Positions 55,179 through 64,000 of a stretch of DNA of 64,000 nucleotides are shown here, piece after piece (position 1 is the first letter of the stretch; each line of letters starts with the position of its first letter). The notes beneath the pieces were generated by a model. The model searched no databases. It saw only the letters and a list, made by a program, of their open reading frames with translations, and was not told the DNA's origin. The stretch spans positions 192,132 to 256,131 of the forward strand of contig JANQRZ010000024.1 of assembly GCA_028284265.1 (NCBI GenBank), in the 5' to 3' direction. Source of the stretch: Rhodothermales bacterium (GTDB lineage Bacteria > Bacteroidota > Rhodothermia > Rhodothermales > JANQRZ01). Position numbers and translations under genes: made by a program.

Positions 55179-55838
55179 TTAATCGCCCTTGAAGCGACCC
55201 TCGCGCAGGAAATGCACCGTCTGATCGGCGACCGCCCGGTGCCGGGCGATGAACGCATGCCCTGCTCGCACTACGACGAAATCCGCCAGCCCCTCCACGT
55301 AGGCACTTTTCACCGACACGCGCCCGTCGTTCGCGCCTCCGAGGAGCCGACCGAGGCCGGGGTACATATTCCGATCGCCCGCGATCACGCCCAATTCGAA
55401 GTCCACCGGCCCGAGATCGGCAGCGATACCATCGGGGCTGGTCTGAAGCTCGGTGAGTGCCGGGCCGCAGACACGGTTGGCGGGCCAGCGGTCGTGGAAA
55501 ACGTCGGCGAGTTCGTTCCCGGCGTTGGGCGGCGCGAGCATGACGACCCGTGACCCGTCGGGCAACCCGTACCGCTCGGCGTAGGCGCGAATCAGGATGC
55601 CGCCGAGCGAATGGGTGACGACATGGAACGGCTCGCCTTCGGTTTGAACCTTCTCCACGGCAGGGCGCACGAACGCCTCGGCCAGTGTCCCGATGGCGTG
55701 GCACGTCGACGGATAGTCCACGTTGACCGTCCGAAACCCGGCTTGCTCGATCCGCCGCGCCAGCCACCGCATCGAGCGCCACGTCCGGCCGAGGCCGTGG
55801 AGCAGGAGAACCGGCTCTGTTCTAACGAAGTCTGTCAT
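55179..55838 (-). CDS. Alpha/beta hydrolase (esterase/lipase-like)
   Basis: VLLLHGLGRT and the nucleophile elbow VTHSLGG. The annotated ATG (55838-55836) lies inside the terminal GTCAT of repeat B2. Confidence 0.75.
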   Translation of the reverse strand: MTDFVRTEPVLLLHGLGRTWRSMRWLARRIEQAGFRTVNVDYPSTCHAIGTLAEAFVRPAVEKVQTEGEPFHVVTHSLGGILIRAYAERYGLPDGSRVVMLAPPNAGNELADVFHDRWPANRVCGPALTELQTSPDGIAADLGPVDFELGVIAGDRNMYPGLGRLLGGANDGRVSVKSAYVEGLADFVVVRAGHAFIARHRAVADQTVHFLREGRFKGD

Positions 55839-55929
55839 TGCGAGGAGCCTCGTAGAGGGGACGAAGCAATCTCCAGAGGAATGAGGCTCAGTAAAGAGAT
55901 TGCTTCGTCGCTACGCTCCTCGCAATGAC
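55834..55929. repeat. Family-B nested palindromic repeat, copy B2
   Basis: Outer 15-bp arms gtcattgcgaggagc / gctcctcgcaatgac, and inner 14-bp arms gacgaagcaatctc / gagattgcttcgtc. Confidence 0.85.
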
Positions 55930-55955
55930 AGGTTCTATTCGGTCAGTTTACGCGC

Positions 55956-58526
55956 TCAGTCTGCGTCCAGCGTCTGTTCAATCAGGAACAGGACGTGGCC
56001 GGTGTGGGCCTTTGTCGCGTCGTTCCCGCTGCGCTTGCCGTCTAGCATCGATTCAATGCGCTGAAGCTGGGCGAGGGCTTGAGACTGGCTCAGGTAGTCG
56101 TACCGATCATTCTCGTTCGAGATCACCGCACCGAGGCGGGTGACGTACTCGATCTGGGCGTTCTGGCGGAACGTGTTCACGTCGCCTCGCATGTCGGCCT
56201 CAAAGATCGCGTCGGTGAGGTCGGTCATCATCTCGGAGAGCGGGTACTCGCTGCCGTAGAGGCCGGAGTCGGAGATGCGCCGCATCGTGACCGGGTGCAG
56301 GAGGTGGGCCAGCACGTTCCGCTGCATGTTGAGATAGCGGTCGTGGATTTTCGGGTCCTCGGACTGCGAGAAGAAGTTGAACCCACGCCGCTGCATGGCG
56401 AGGTGGTTGTAGAGGTCATCCGGTGCGTCGAAGGCGTCGGGCGCGAAGAGTTGGCGGGCGAGGATGTCCATCGCCTGCACCTGCTTGGCGCGCGGAACCG
56501 GTGTGAACGGCTGGGTTGCGCCGGGCTGGTCCACCACGGCGCGCTCCACGTAGACTCCGCCGATGTAGCGGCTCGTCACGGACGCCGCGCCCGCGGCCTG
56601 CCCGGTCAGGATCATGAAGGCGTTCCGCAGTTCGTGGTACGTCGAGCCGGGCGTGTCGTAGCGCTCGACGAGGTCCTCCATTAGCGAGTCGATCAGGTCG
56701 AGCCGGTCGTCGGAGTAGGTCAGCGCGTCGCCGGACATGTCGCCGATCATCACGCGCGGGTCGATGGCCTTGCCGGGCGCGCGCATGTCGTCGGCGTCGT
56801 TGCCGAAGGTGAGGTCGGGTTCGGTGGAGCGGGCGAGGAGCGCTTCGCGTCCGGCCTCGTCGAAGGTGCCGTAGCCGAACTGGATGGCCCACACGTCGTA
56901 GGGGCCGGGCTTGGTCGTGGCATAGGCCCCCTGCGTCTCACCGAGTGCGGCGATGTTGAGCGCCGGATAGTCCATCACCGACCCGATCAGGCCCTTCTCC
57001 ATCGTGAGGTTCCAGTTGGTCGTCTCCTCGGGCGTGAGCATCTGGCTCGCCTTCATGTTGTGGTTGAGGCCGAGCGTGTGGCCGACTTCGTGGAGGACGA
57101 GGTAGTAGAGCGACTGCTCAACGAGCGTGCTGATCTCGGACTCGGAAGCGTCTTGCGCTTTGAGGGCTTGCAGGCCGAAGAGGGTCTCGGCTTGGAGCCG
57201 GAGGCCGAGCGAGCAGAAGTGCGGGTCGTCGTGCGGGTCGGCTTCGAGCGTCTCGGCTTCCTCCATGAAGAGTGCGGCGGTCTCGAAGATTCGGTCGTAG
57301 GCGATGCGGTTCTTGAGGAAGACGTACTCCAGCATGATGTCCGAGCCGATCATCTGCCCGGTGCGCGGGTTCGAGAAGCTCGGCCCATAGCCACCGAAGG
57401 GCGGGGTCGGGGACGAGGTCCAGCGGAGGACGTTGTAGCGGATGTCACCTGCGTCCCAGTCTGCGTCGTCAGGCTGGATGCGGACCTCGATGGCGTTCGA
57501 GATACCGGCGGCCTCGAAGGCTTGGTTCCAGCGGAGCGTCGCGTCGCGGATGATCTCGCGGTACTCAACGGGCGTCGTGTTCTCGATCCACCAGACGAGC
57601 GGCTCGACGGGGTCAGAGACGGCGGCGTTCGGGTTTTGCTTCTCGAAGTGCCAGCGGCGGACGAGGTCGCGGTAGGGCGTTGCGCTGTCCGAGGTGAGGT
57701 CGGTCACTTGGTGCGTGAAGTAGCCCACGCGGGCATCGTCGATGCGCGGCTCGAAGTCGTTGTCCGGCATGGCGATGAGGCTGTGCTGCATCGTGACCGA
57801 GACGGCGCGGGCGTCCGTGACGGCAGCGCCGCCGCCGTTGAGCGGGGAGGGGTTGTCGTAGACGTAGCGGACGTCGATGTCGGTGTTCTCCGGGTAGTTG
57901 CGGATCTCCGTGATCGTCGTCTTGGCTCTCGAGAGGCCACCGAGCGAGAAGGCCGTCGGTGGGCGACCGGGGAAGCTCGGCGGCTTGACGAGGGCGAGGG
58001 CTTCGGAGAGGAACAGGTCGTCTGCCTTGATGAGCACGCGCCCGGTGGAGTCGTCCTCGGCGACGATCTCTTCGACTGCGAGGACGGCGGGGCTGATGTT
58101 GGCGTCGGCGGCGCGTGAGATCGCGTTGTTCTCGTCGAAGTAGAACGCTGTGTTCACCTCGACGAACTCAACTTTGTTGAAGTGGCGGCGGATCGAGAAG
58201 ATGCTGTTGTCGCGGAATTGCCCGCGGAAGTGTCCGCCCACCGGCACGCCATCCACGATGTGCGTGAAGTAGATGTATTCCTGATCGAACTGGTCGGCCT
58301 CAATCGCCATCTGGATCGAGCCGCTCGTCGTGTCTTGGTACACCGTGAAGAGGCCCTCGATGGCTGTCGTCGACTTGACGGCCTCCGCGAATTTGTCTTC
58401 GTCTTTCTTCTCCTCAGACGGATCGGAAGGCGGGGTCATCATCGGGGCAGAGCCGGAGCATCCGGCTACCGTGAGCAGGGCGGCGAGCAGGGCGAACGAG
58501 CCGAAAGAGCGTACCAGGTGGATCAT
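55956..58526 (-). CDS. Zinc-dependent metalloprotease lipoprotein (DUF5117/DUF5118-type family)
   Basis: Internal Met MIHLVRSFGSFALLAALLTVAGCSGS has a lipobox. Zincin motif HEVGHTLGLNHN. Confidence 0.82.
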   Translation of the reverse strand: MIHLVRSFGSFALLAALLTVAGCSGSAPMMTPPSDPSEEKKDEDKFAEAVKSTTAIEGLFTVYQDTTSGSIQMAIEADQFDQEYIYFTHIVDGVPVGGHFRGQFRDNSIFSIRRHFNKVEFVEVNTAFYFDENNAISRAADANISPAVLAVEEIVAEDDSTGRVLIKADDLFLSEALALVKPPSFPGRPPTAFSLGGLSRAKTTITEIRNYPENTDIDVRYVYDNPSPLNGGGAAVTDARAVSVTMQHSLIAMPDNDFEPRIDDARVGYFTHQVTDLTSDSATPYRDLVRRWHFEKQNPNAAVSDPVEPLVWWIENTTPVEYREIIRDATLRWNQAFEAAGISNAIEVRIQPDDADWDAGDIRYNVLRWTSSPTPPFGGYGPSFSNPRTGQMIGSDIMLEYVFLKNRIAYDRIFETAALFMEEAETLEADPHDDPHFCSLGLRLQAETLFGLQALKAQDASESEISTLVEQSLYYLVLHEVGHTLGLNHNMKASQMLTPEETTNWNLTMEKGLIGSVMDYPALNIAALGETQGAYATTKPGPYDVWAIQFGYGTFDEAGREALLARSTEPDLTFGNDADDMRAPGKAIDPRVMIGDMSGDALTYSDDRLDLIDSLMEDLVERYDTPGSTYHELRNAFMILTGQAAGAASVTSRYIGGVYVERAVVDQPGATQPFTPVPRAKQVQAMDILARQLFAPDAFDAPDDLYNHLAMQRRGFNFFSQSEDPKIHDRYLNMQRNVLAHLLHPVTMRRISDSGLYGSEYPLSEMMTDLTDAIFEADMRGDVNTFRQNAQIEYVTRLGAVISNENDRYDYLSQSQALAQLQRIESMLDGKRSGNDATKAHTGHVLFLIEQTLDAD

Positions 58527-58697
58527 GGGGATCGGGAGTGAGAGCGGACGGACAGAGAAACGCGACGTGCTGATGCCGCGAAACAAACCAACCTAAAGAT
58601 AGCGGGGAGACGAGGAGCCGAAAAAGATGTTGCGCCTCGCTATGTCGCTGCCAAGCAGATCGGTGATGCAGCCAGTCGCCCTCGTGTTGCCAGCGGG

Positions 58698-59387
58698 TCA
58701 GCGCAGCGCGGACTTCAACTGGTAGCGGGTGTGCCGTTTCTTGACGCCGCGATGGTAGGTGCGGGCCGCCGGGAGGTAGGACCGAAACAAAAACCAGAGT
58801 AGGAGGGCGGGCGGCACGGTCAGGAAGAGCAGGTGTAGCGGCCAGTGCGTGAGCAGGATGTCGCGCAGCCTCTGTTTCGGAACCCAAGGTGATCCCTCGC
58901 GCACGATCTGTCGAGACTCGCGCCGGGCTTCGTCGATGGCCTCGTACCACGCTTCCATGTCCGGGGCATGGAGCGAGGTCTCCGGGTGATTGTCGCCGAA
59001 CAGTTCGTGCAGCGTCGTGTCTGGCACGACGTAGCGGTGGAACAGAAACATCCCAATCCCGAGGAGCACGAAGGCCAGAAAGGGGAGGATGATGTGGTTT
59101 CTGAAAAACCGGGTCGCGTGCCGGACTTCGCGCCGCGTGCGGGACTGGCTCCGCGAGCCGTTGCTGTGGCGACCGTTGCGGAGCGCGAGGCGGAGCGAGC
59201 GATAGGGAAGGAGGACTGGGAGGGCGATGAGAAACAGCAGCGCCGGTCCGGCGAAAATCCAGATCATCGAGCGAGCGGTGAACCTGCGTAAAGGTATCGC
59301 CGGAAGACGCACTGAGCTATACCTCGCCTTGGCTAACCAACAAACGGCGGCGACCCCGGTGAAGGGACCGCCGCCGCTGGTTGGCAA
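58698..59387 (-). CDS. Hypothetical membrane protein
   Basis: Three or four hydrophobic helices separated by Arg-rich loops. The start is uncertain: 59387, or MIWIFAG at 59267. Confidence 0.45.
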   Translation of the reverse strand: MPTSGGGPFTGVAAVCWLAKARYSSVRLPAIPLRRFTARSMIWIFAGPALLFLIALPVLLPYRSLRLALRNGRHSNGSRSQSRTRREVRHATRFFRNHIILPFLAFVLLGIGMFLFHRYVVPDTTLHELFGDNHPETSLHAPDMEAWYEAIDEARRESRQIVREGSPWVPKQRLRDILLTHWPLHLLFLTVPPALLLWFLFRSYLPAARTYHRGVKKRHTRYQLKSALR

Positions 59388-59397
59388 ATCCTGCGAT

Positions 59398-62300
59398 CTA
59401 TCGGACGAGCGTCACGCGCTGCGTTGCCGAGGCACCGGCACCCGAGGCATGGACCAGATAGAGGCCGCTCGCTAGGCGCGATCCGTCGAACGCTACGCGG
59501 TGGATGCCCGCCTCCACCTCATCGTCGAGCAACATCGCCACCCGCCGACCGAGCACGTCGTAGACGGCCACACTCACGCGGCTCGCCTCGGGTACATCGA
59601 GCGTCAGGGTCGTCTCCGACTGGAACGGGTTCGGATAGGCCGCTGCCAGCGTGAACGTTTCAGGCACAGTGGCCGATGAGGCCGCCTCGGCGGACGGTTC
59701 GCTGCGAAAGTCGTAGACCGTACTCGCTTCGACGAGTTGGCCGCCCGCATCGAAGGCCTGCCAGTCGTCTGGTCCAGCCTCGCGGCCCGAGACGATCTGA
59801 GCCGCAAAGGCGTCGCTGTCGAGCACTGTGTTCGGGAAGGTGCCTGCCTCGACGCGGTACGTGTAGCTCCCGAACGGCGCGACGTTCGGCACGCGCTGGC
59901 TGAACGACAGCGTGACTGTGGCGGGGGGCGAGACGTTGACCGTGTTTGGGCCGATCAGCGGCGAGCGTACAGAGCCGTTGGGCAGCACCGACTCGGTCCA
60001 GAACTCGAACGACGAGGGGCCGCTCGCACCAACATCGAAGGTGATGTCGAAGAACACGTCGTCCCCGCGCTGGAGCACAACGGGCGGCGTCGGGTTCGTC
60101 GGCGTGATCGTCACGGTGAGCGGTGGACCTGCGGCACTCTGCACTTCCACCGACGGGCCGAACTCGCTGGTGCCCCGGAATCCGGTGACGGTCGAGCCGT
60201 CGATCGGGGTGGCGACACCTGCGACCCACACGCCGACCGGGAACTGCGACGCGCCGAGGTTGAGCGTCGAGGAGGCCAGTCCGGCGGCGTTGGTGGTGAC
60301 CGTCGTCTGGAAGACTGCCACGGCCCCTTCGCCGTGCCCGGACGGATCAGGCGTCGTGCTGCGGTAGAGCTGGACACGGTACGCCTGACTCGAGGCGGCG
60401 TTGAGTGTGAAGCTGACCGTCGAGCCAGCGCCATCGTTGGTGGCACTGGTGATGACAGGGAAGTTGGTTCCGTCGTTCGCGCCCGCGTCGAAGTCGTCCG
60501 CGTCGTTCGGGTTGACGCCGTTCGGGGCGAGATCGATGCCGAGGCCCGCATTGTCGAAGAGGCGGTTCGTGAGGACGGCCACGTTCTGGCAGGCTCCCGC
60601 CGAGAAGGTGTGCCGCAGGAAGATGCCGTCGCCGTCGTTGAACGCGATGGTGTTGAACGGCACCCCCGTCGTAGACCCAATCCGCACGTCGTCGGCACTG
60701 TGGCAGAAGATCCCTGCGAGGCCGTTGCCGAGGTCGATGCTGGCTCCGGTGTCCGTCCCGATGAAGTTGCCATCGATGAAGACCTCGGTCGTGCCTTCGA
60801 GGTACAGCCCGGCGTCGGTGTTGCCGGAGAGTACATTGTCCACGACCGTCGTGCCATCGGCATCGACGACCGCGACGCCGGAGAGGTCGTTCGGCAGCGG
60901 TGCCGATCCGGCGGCATTCGTCCCGACGCGGTTGTTCTCGATCTGTGCGCCCGTCGTGCGGCCTGTCGTATCGAACAGGTCGATCAGGCTGATACCGGTG
61001 CCCCGGTTTCCGCTGACCTGGTTGCCGCGCACGATGGGGTTGGTGCTGCCATCGAGGTTGATCCCCCCGGAGGCATTGCCGGTGGCGAAGCCCGTCGCTG
61101 AGCGACCGAGGATGTTGCCCTCAACGAGCGTCCCAACATCGCCCGCGAGGTAGACCCCGTACTGGTTGTTGTCGGAGATATAGTTCTGCTCGGCAGCCGT
61201 CGGGCCGCCGATGACCGTGCCGCTCGGCGCACCCTCGGAGAAGGCGTCGCCGATGAAGATGCCCTGGAAGTTAGGAGCCGCTGTGCCGAGCAGCGTCAGC
61301 CCGATGATGTTGGCGCGGATGCGGTTTTCGTTCGTCCCGAGGCCCGACACCACGATCCCGCTCTGGCTTCCGCTGGCGTTATTCCCGATCCGATTTCCGG
61401 CACCGGGCAGGCCGATGTCGTTGTCCGAAGCGCGCTCGTGGACCCAGACGCCGTAGAAGGCATTGCCGAGGCCCGCGCCTAGCGCATTCCGGTCGAGGCC
61501 GATGATGTTGTCCGTGACGGTCACGTTCTGGGCGACAGGCGCGAAGGGGCCAGTCAGGCTGCCGAGTTCGACGCCCGGTCCGCCGTTGCCATTGCCCGAG
61601 ATTATGTTGCCGTCCACCGTCACCCCAGCAGCGACGATGCGGACGCCGCCTAGCGCGTTGCTGGAGACATTGCCCGTGATCGGGTGCGGGTCGATCCGTT
61701 CGAGGCCGTTGGCGTCGAGGCCGATGATGTTGTCGGCGAGTGTGACCTGTCCGCGCGTGACATAGATGCCTTGGTTGCCGTTGCCCGACACGAGGTTGTT
61801 GCGGGCCGTCACGCCGAGCAGGAAGAATAGGGAGCCACCGCTGACGTGGATGCCGCCGCCATCGTTACCCTGATCCACCTCGCCGGTCCAGTCGGTGCCG
61901 ATGTAGTTGCACTCGACGAGCGACGAGCCGGTAAAACTGGCGAAGTTCTCGCCGAAGATGAGGCCCCGGCCCGGAAAGTTGCCGATGGCGAAGCCGCGCG
62001 CGACGAAGCCGGACGCCGCCGCTGAGGCCACGAGGCCCGCGTCGCTGCCGGTCAGGAGCAGCGACCCGTCGAGGACGACCCGGATGGTATGCGTGGAGCC
62101 GCTTGTGAGATTGCCGCACGAAGCTCCCGTCTGGGTCAAAGCATCGAGCACAACATCTGATTGAGTGATCGTGGGAAGTGGGCCGAGACTACCGGCGTCC
62201 GAGCGGTTCGGCTGGATGCGCCAGACGCCCGGTGCGATCTCTGAACCGGCAGGTCCGAACGTGATGTCGAACTCAATCGTGACCGGGACCGAACTGACGT

Positions 62301-62763
62301 TAGCTTCTTGGATGGCAGCGCGCAGTGTGCAGTCGTTGAACGAGGTGGCACAGAGTCCGTCGCCGGGGTTGGCGTCCGCGTCGTCGTAGGCGTTATCGAC
62401 GGTGAGGAGCAGGCCGCCGCGCTGGGCTTCCGCGGGCGGAGCCGCGATGGCAGGCCACACCGTGCGCGGCATCGCTGGAGCACTGGCTCTCGCTGCTGTG
62501 CGGAGTGCGGTACGGTCGGCGAGGCGTCGCTGCTCGGCTGCGGTGGGTGTCGTCGCCTCGCCGGTTGCCGGGTCGAAGATGTCGCCGTCATGGAGGATGG
62601 GAGAGAGGCCGGTCGCCACGCCGTCGGTCGCATTGGCCGGTGCGACGCGGAGTGGCACGTCCGTTGGGTTGTTGACCGGGGCCACGCGCTGCTGGGCGTG
62701 GAGGGCTGGGGTTGTAAGAATCAGAGCCAGAAGAAGGCAGAGGGATCGAAGGAGCGAGGTCAT
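59398..62763 (-). CDS. Large secreted right-handed parallel beta-helix repeat protein with a CSLREA-like N-terminal motif and a T9SS C-terminal domain
   Basis: Internal Met MTSLLRSLCLLLALILTTPALHAQQ. CTLRAAIQEAN. Many PbH1-like repeats (NNLVSGNGNQGIYV, NIISGNGNGGPGV, NQVSGNRGTGISL, NVLSGNTDAGLYL). C-terminal AAAYPNPFQSETTLTL...GLYLVHASG...RVTLVR. Confidence 0.8.
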   Translation of the reverse strand: MTSLLRSLCLLLALILTTPALHAQQRVAPVNNPTDVPLRVAPANATDGVATGLSPILHDGDIFDPATGEATTPTAAEQRRLADRTALRTAARASAPAMPRTVWPAIAAPPAEAQRGGLLLTVDNAYDDADANPGDGLCATSFNDCTLRAAIQEANVSSVPVTIEFDITFGPAGSEIAPGVWRIQPNRSDAGSLGPLPTITQSDVVLDALTQTGASCGNLTSGSTHTIRVVLDGSLLLTGSDAGLVASAAASGFVARGFAIGNFPGRGLIFGENFASFTGSSLVECNYIGTDWTGEVDQGNDGGGIHVSGGSLFFLLGVTARNNLVSGNGNQGIYVTRGQVTLADNIIGLDANGLERIDPHPITGNVSSNALGGVRIVAAGVTVDGNIISGNGNGGPGVELGSLTGPFAPVAQNVTVTDNIIGLDRNALGAGLGNAFYGVWVHERASDNDIGLPGAGNRIGNNASGSQSGIVVSGLGTNENRIRANIIGLTLLGTAAPNFQGIFIGDAFSEGAPSGTVIGGPTAAEQNYISDNNQYGVYLAGDVGTLVEGNILGRSATGFATGNASGGINLDGSTNPIVRGNQVSGNRGTGISLIDLFDTTGRTTGAQIENNRVGTNAAGSAPLPNDLSGVAVVDADGTTVVDNVLSGNTDAGLYLEGTTEVFIDGNFIGTDTGASIDLGNGLAGIFCHSADDVRIGSTTGVPFNTIAFNDGDGIFLRHTFSAGACQNVAVLTNRLFDNAGLGIDLAPNGVNPNDADDFDAGANDGTNFPVITSATNDGAGSTVSFTLNAASSQAYRVQLYRSTTPDPSGHGEGAVAVFQTTVTTNAAGLASSTLNLGASQFPVGVWVAGVATPIDGSTVTGFRGTSEFGPSVEVQSAAGPPLTVTITPTNPTPPVVLQRGDDVFFDITFDVGASGPSSFEFWTESVLPNGSVRSPLIGPNTVNVSPPATVTLSFSQRVPNVAPFGSYTYRVEAGTFPNTVLDSDAFAAQIVSGREAGPDDWQAFDAGGQLVEASTVYDFRSEPSAEAASSATVPETFTLAAAYPNPFQSETTLTLDVPEASRVSVAVYDVLGRRVAMLLDDEVEAGIHRVAFDGSRLASGLYLVHASGAGASATQRVTLVR

Positions 62764-62874
62764 GGGAACGCGGGGTTGAAAGAAACAGATCAGTGAGCGG
62801 AGGCCGCTGTGTAGGTATCTGGCCTCCACCTCGATAAGCCGACAACCCCACCCGGTCGGCTCACCGTTGGCTCA

Positions 62875-62911
62875 TAAAAAAGCGGCGACCCCGAGGACCG
62901 GAGTCGCCGCT
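62875..62911 (-). terminator. Rho-independent terminator of gene 62934..64000
   Basis: 9-bp stem agcggcgac / gtcgccgct. On the minus strand it is followed by TTTTTT. Confidence 0.7.
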
Positions 62912-62933
62912 GTGGAGCGTGTGGTTTTCGTAG

Positions 62934-64000
62934 CTACCGCACGAGGGTGATGCGCTGCATCGCCGTGGCACCTGCGCCCGTGGCACGCACGAGATAGACC
63001 CCGCTCGGCAGGGACGAAGCGTCTAATACCATACGGTGCGTGCCCGCTTCCACCTCGTCGTCCAATAGCACTGCCACGCGCCGACCGAGCGCGTCGTAGA
63101 CGGCCACCGTCACGCGGCTGGCCTCTGGCACGTCGAGTGTAAGTGTCGTGCTCGCCCGGAACGGGTTCGGGTAGGCCGCCGCGAGGCCGAATGTCTCTGG
63201 CACCGCCGTCGATGCAGGCTCGGCAGTCTCGTTCATCTCTGCTGCTGCTTCGCCTTGCGCTGCGACCGCCATCAGCACCGAGCCGTCTTCATCGACCCAC
63301 GGTGTGGCTTCCTGCACCGACCAGGTCTCGGTCGCGTCGGCTTCGCGTGCACCCGAGGTCACCTGCACCGTGAAGTCTACTTGGTCCACTACCGTATTCG
63401 GGAATTGGCCGATCTTGATGGAGTAGGTGTAGGTGCCCACTGGCGCGATCCCCGGAATGCCCTGCGTGAAGCTGAGTGCGGGCGACGAGGCGTTCGCCGG
63501 GAGGGTGCCGGACAGGATGACGCCCTGCGCCAGTGTCGTTGCCCCCAGCGAGGCGGTGAAGAACACGTCGCCCGTGATTGGGGCGTTGGTGTTGTTCGTC
63601 ACCGCATAGGAGAAGTCGATGGCATCGGGCCGCGTCACCACGATCGGGTCGCCGGTCGGGTCGGTGTTGATCGCGGCGAGGTCGAAGTTCGGCACCGTCA
63701 GCACTTCCACTTCGACGTTGTCGCTGTTGTAGCTGATATCGAACGTGTAGCCGAACGGCCCGTCGATGGTGGCGAAAGTGCCGCTGCGGGTGCCCGCCGT
63801 TGTGAGAATGGTATAGGTGTCGCCGATGGCGGGGGCGTCGCCAACGGCGATCTCCAGCCGGAGCGTCCCGCTGAGGGCGGCGTTGCCGGTGGATGAGCCG
63901 TTGCCGGTCACCGCGAGTTGGTCGTAGTCGGTCCCCGCCACAGGTGGGTTGCCACCGCCGATCTCGATGGCGAGCACCGACGAAGCATTCATTGCGTAGT
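62934..64000 (-). CDS. Secreted T9SS cargo protein, paralogous at its C-terminus to 59398..62763; 5' end probably outside the window
   Basis: C-terminal AAAYPNPFRASTTLTLDVPEASRVTVAVYDALGRRVAVLLDDEVEAGTHR...GVYLVRATG...RITLVR. There is no stop upstream of the Met at 63992, and no signal peptide at that Met. Confidence 0.7.
   Translation of the reverse strand, partial: YAMNASSVLAIEIGGGNPPVAGTDYDQLAVTGNGSSTGNAALSGTLRLEIAVGDAPAIGDTYTILTTAGTRSGTFATIDGPFGYTFDISYNSDNVEVEVLTVPNFDLAAINTDPTGDPIVVTRPDAIDFSYAVTNNTNAPITGDVFFTASLGATTLAQGVILSGTLPANASSPALSFTQGIPGIAPVGTYTYSIKIGQFPNTVVDQVDFTVQVTSGAREADATETWSVQEATPWVDEDGSVLMAVAAQGEAAAEMNETAEPASTAVPETFGLAAAYPNPFRASTTLTLDVPEASRVTVAVYDALGRRVAVLLDDEVEAGTHRMVLDASSLPSGVYLVRATGAGATAMQRITLVR

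Noticed and set aside
55078-55782. Upstream extension of the fabH ORF (54034..55782)
   Set aside because: It overlaps the alpha/beta hydrolase gene in another frame and is Arg-rich. FabH homology begins at the Met at 55077.
59737-61101. 454-aa ORF on the plus strand
   Set aside because: It is antisense to the beta-helix T9SS cargo gene. Its Arg/Gly/Asp-rich composition is a mirror image of the Gly/Asn/Thr-rich repeats.

Overview
High-G+C bacterial chromosome, densely coded on both strands. Four proteins end in Por/T9SS-type C-terminal sorting domains. That, plus DUF1573, DUF4783 and DUF5777/YceI genes and a fused E1 alpha-beta dehydrogenase, suggests a Bacteroidota/Rhodothermota-like organism; this is inference, not a search result.

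Most of the window is housekeeping:
- A translationally coupled his operon on the minus strand (hisG-D-B-H-A-F-IE) with no hisC.
- mutS2, trkAH, mdh, fabH and ppx/gppA.
- A large orphan sensor kinase.
- Alkaline phosphatase and two tandem GH17 glycosidases.
- An envelope-protein cluster.
- A fragmented histidine-utilisation set (hutU, hutH, hutI, hutG).

I found no rRNA, tRNA, CRISPR array, transposase, integrase or recognisable defence operon.

The non-ordinary content is small-scale:
1. Three families of intergenic palindromic (REP/REPIN-like) repeats.
2. A small GIY-YIG nuclease gene bracketed almost symmetrically by two family-A repeats, wedged with two compositionally atypical small ORFs between hutU and hutH.
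3. A possible YaeQ/PD-(D/E)XK-like gene bracketed by a private GTTTCTCGTT/AACGAGAAAC palindrome family.
4. Small low-G+C islets carrying orphan lipoproteins.

The many long ORFs antisense to real genes are treated as high-G+C artefacts. All family calls come from motifs read by eye; no database search was possible.
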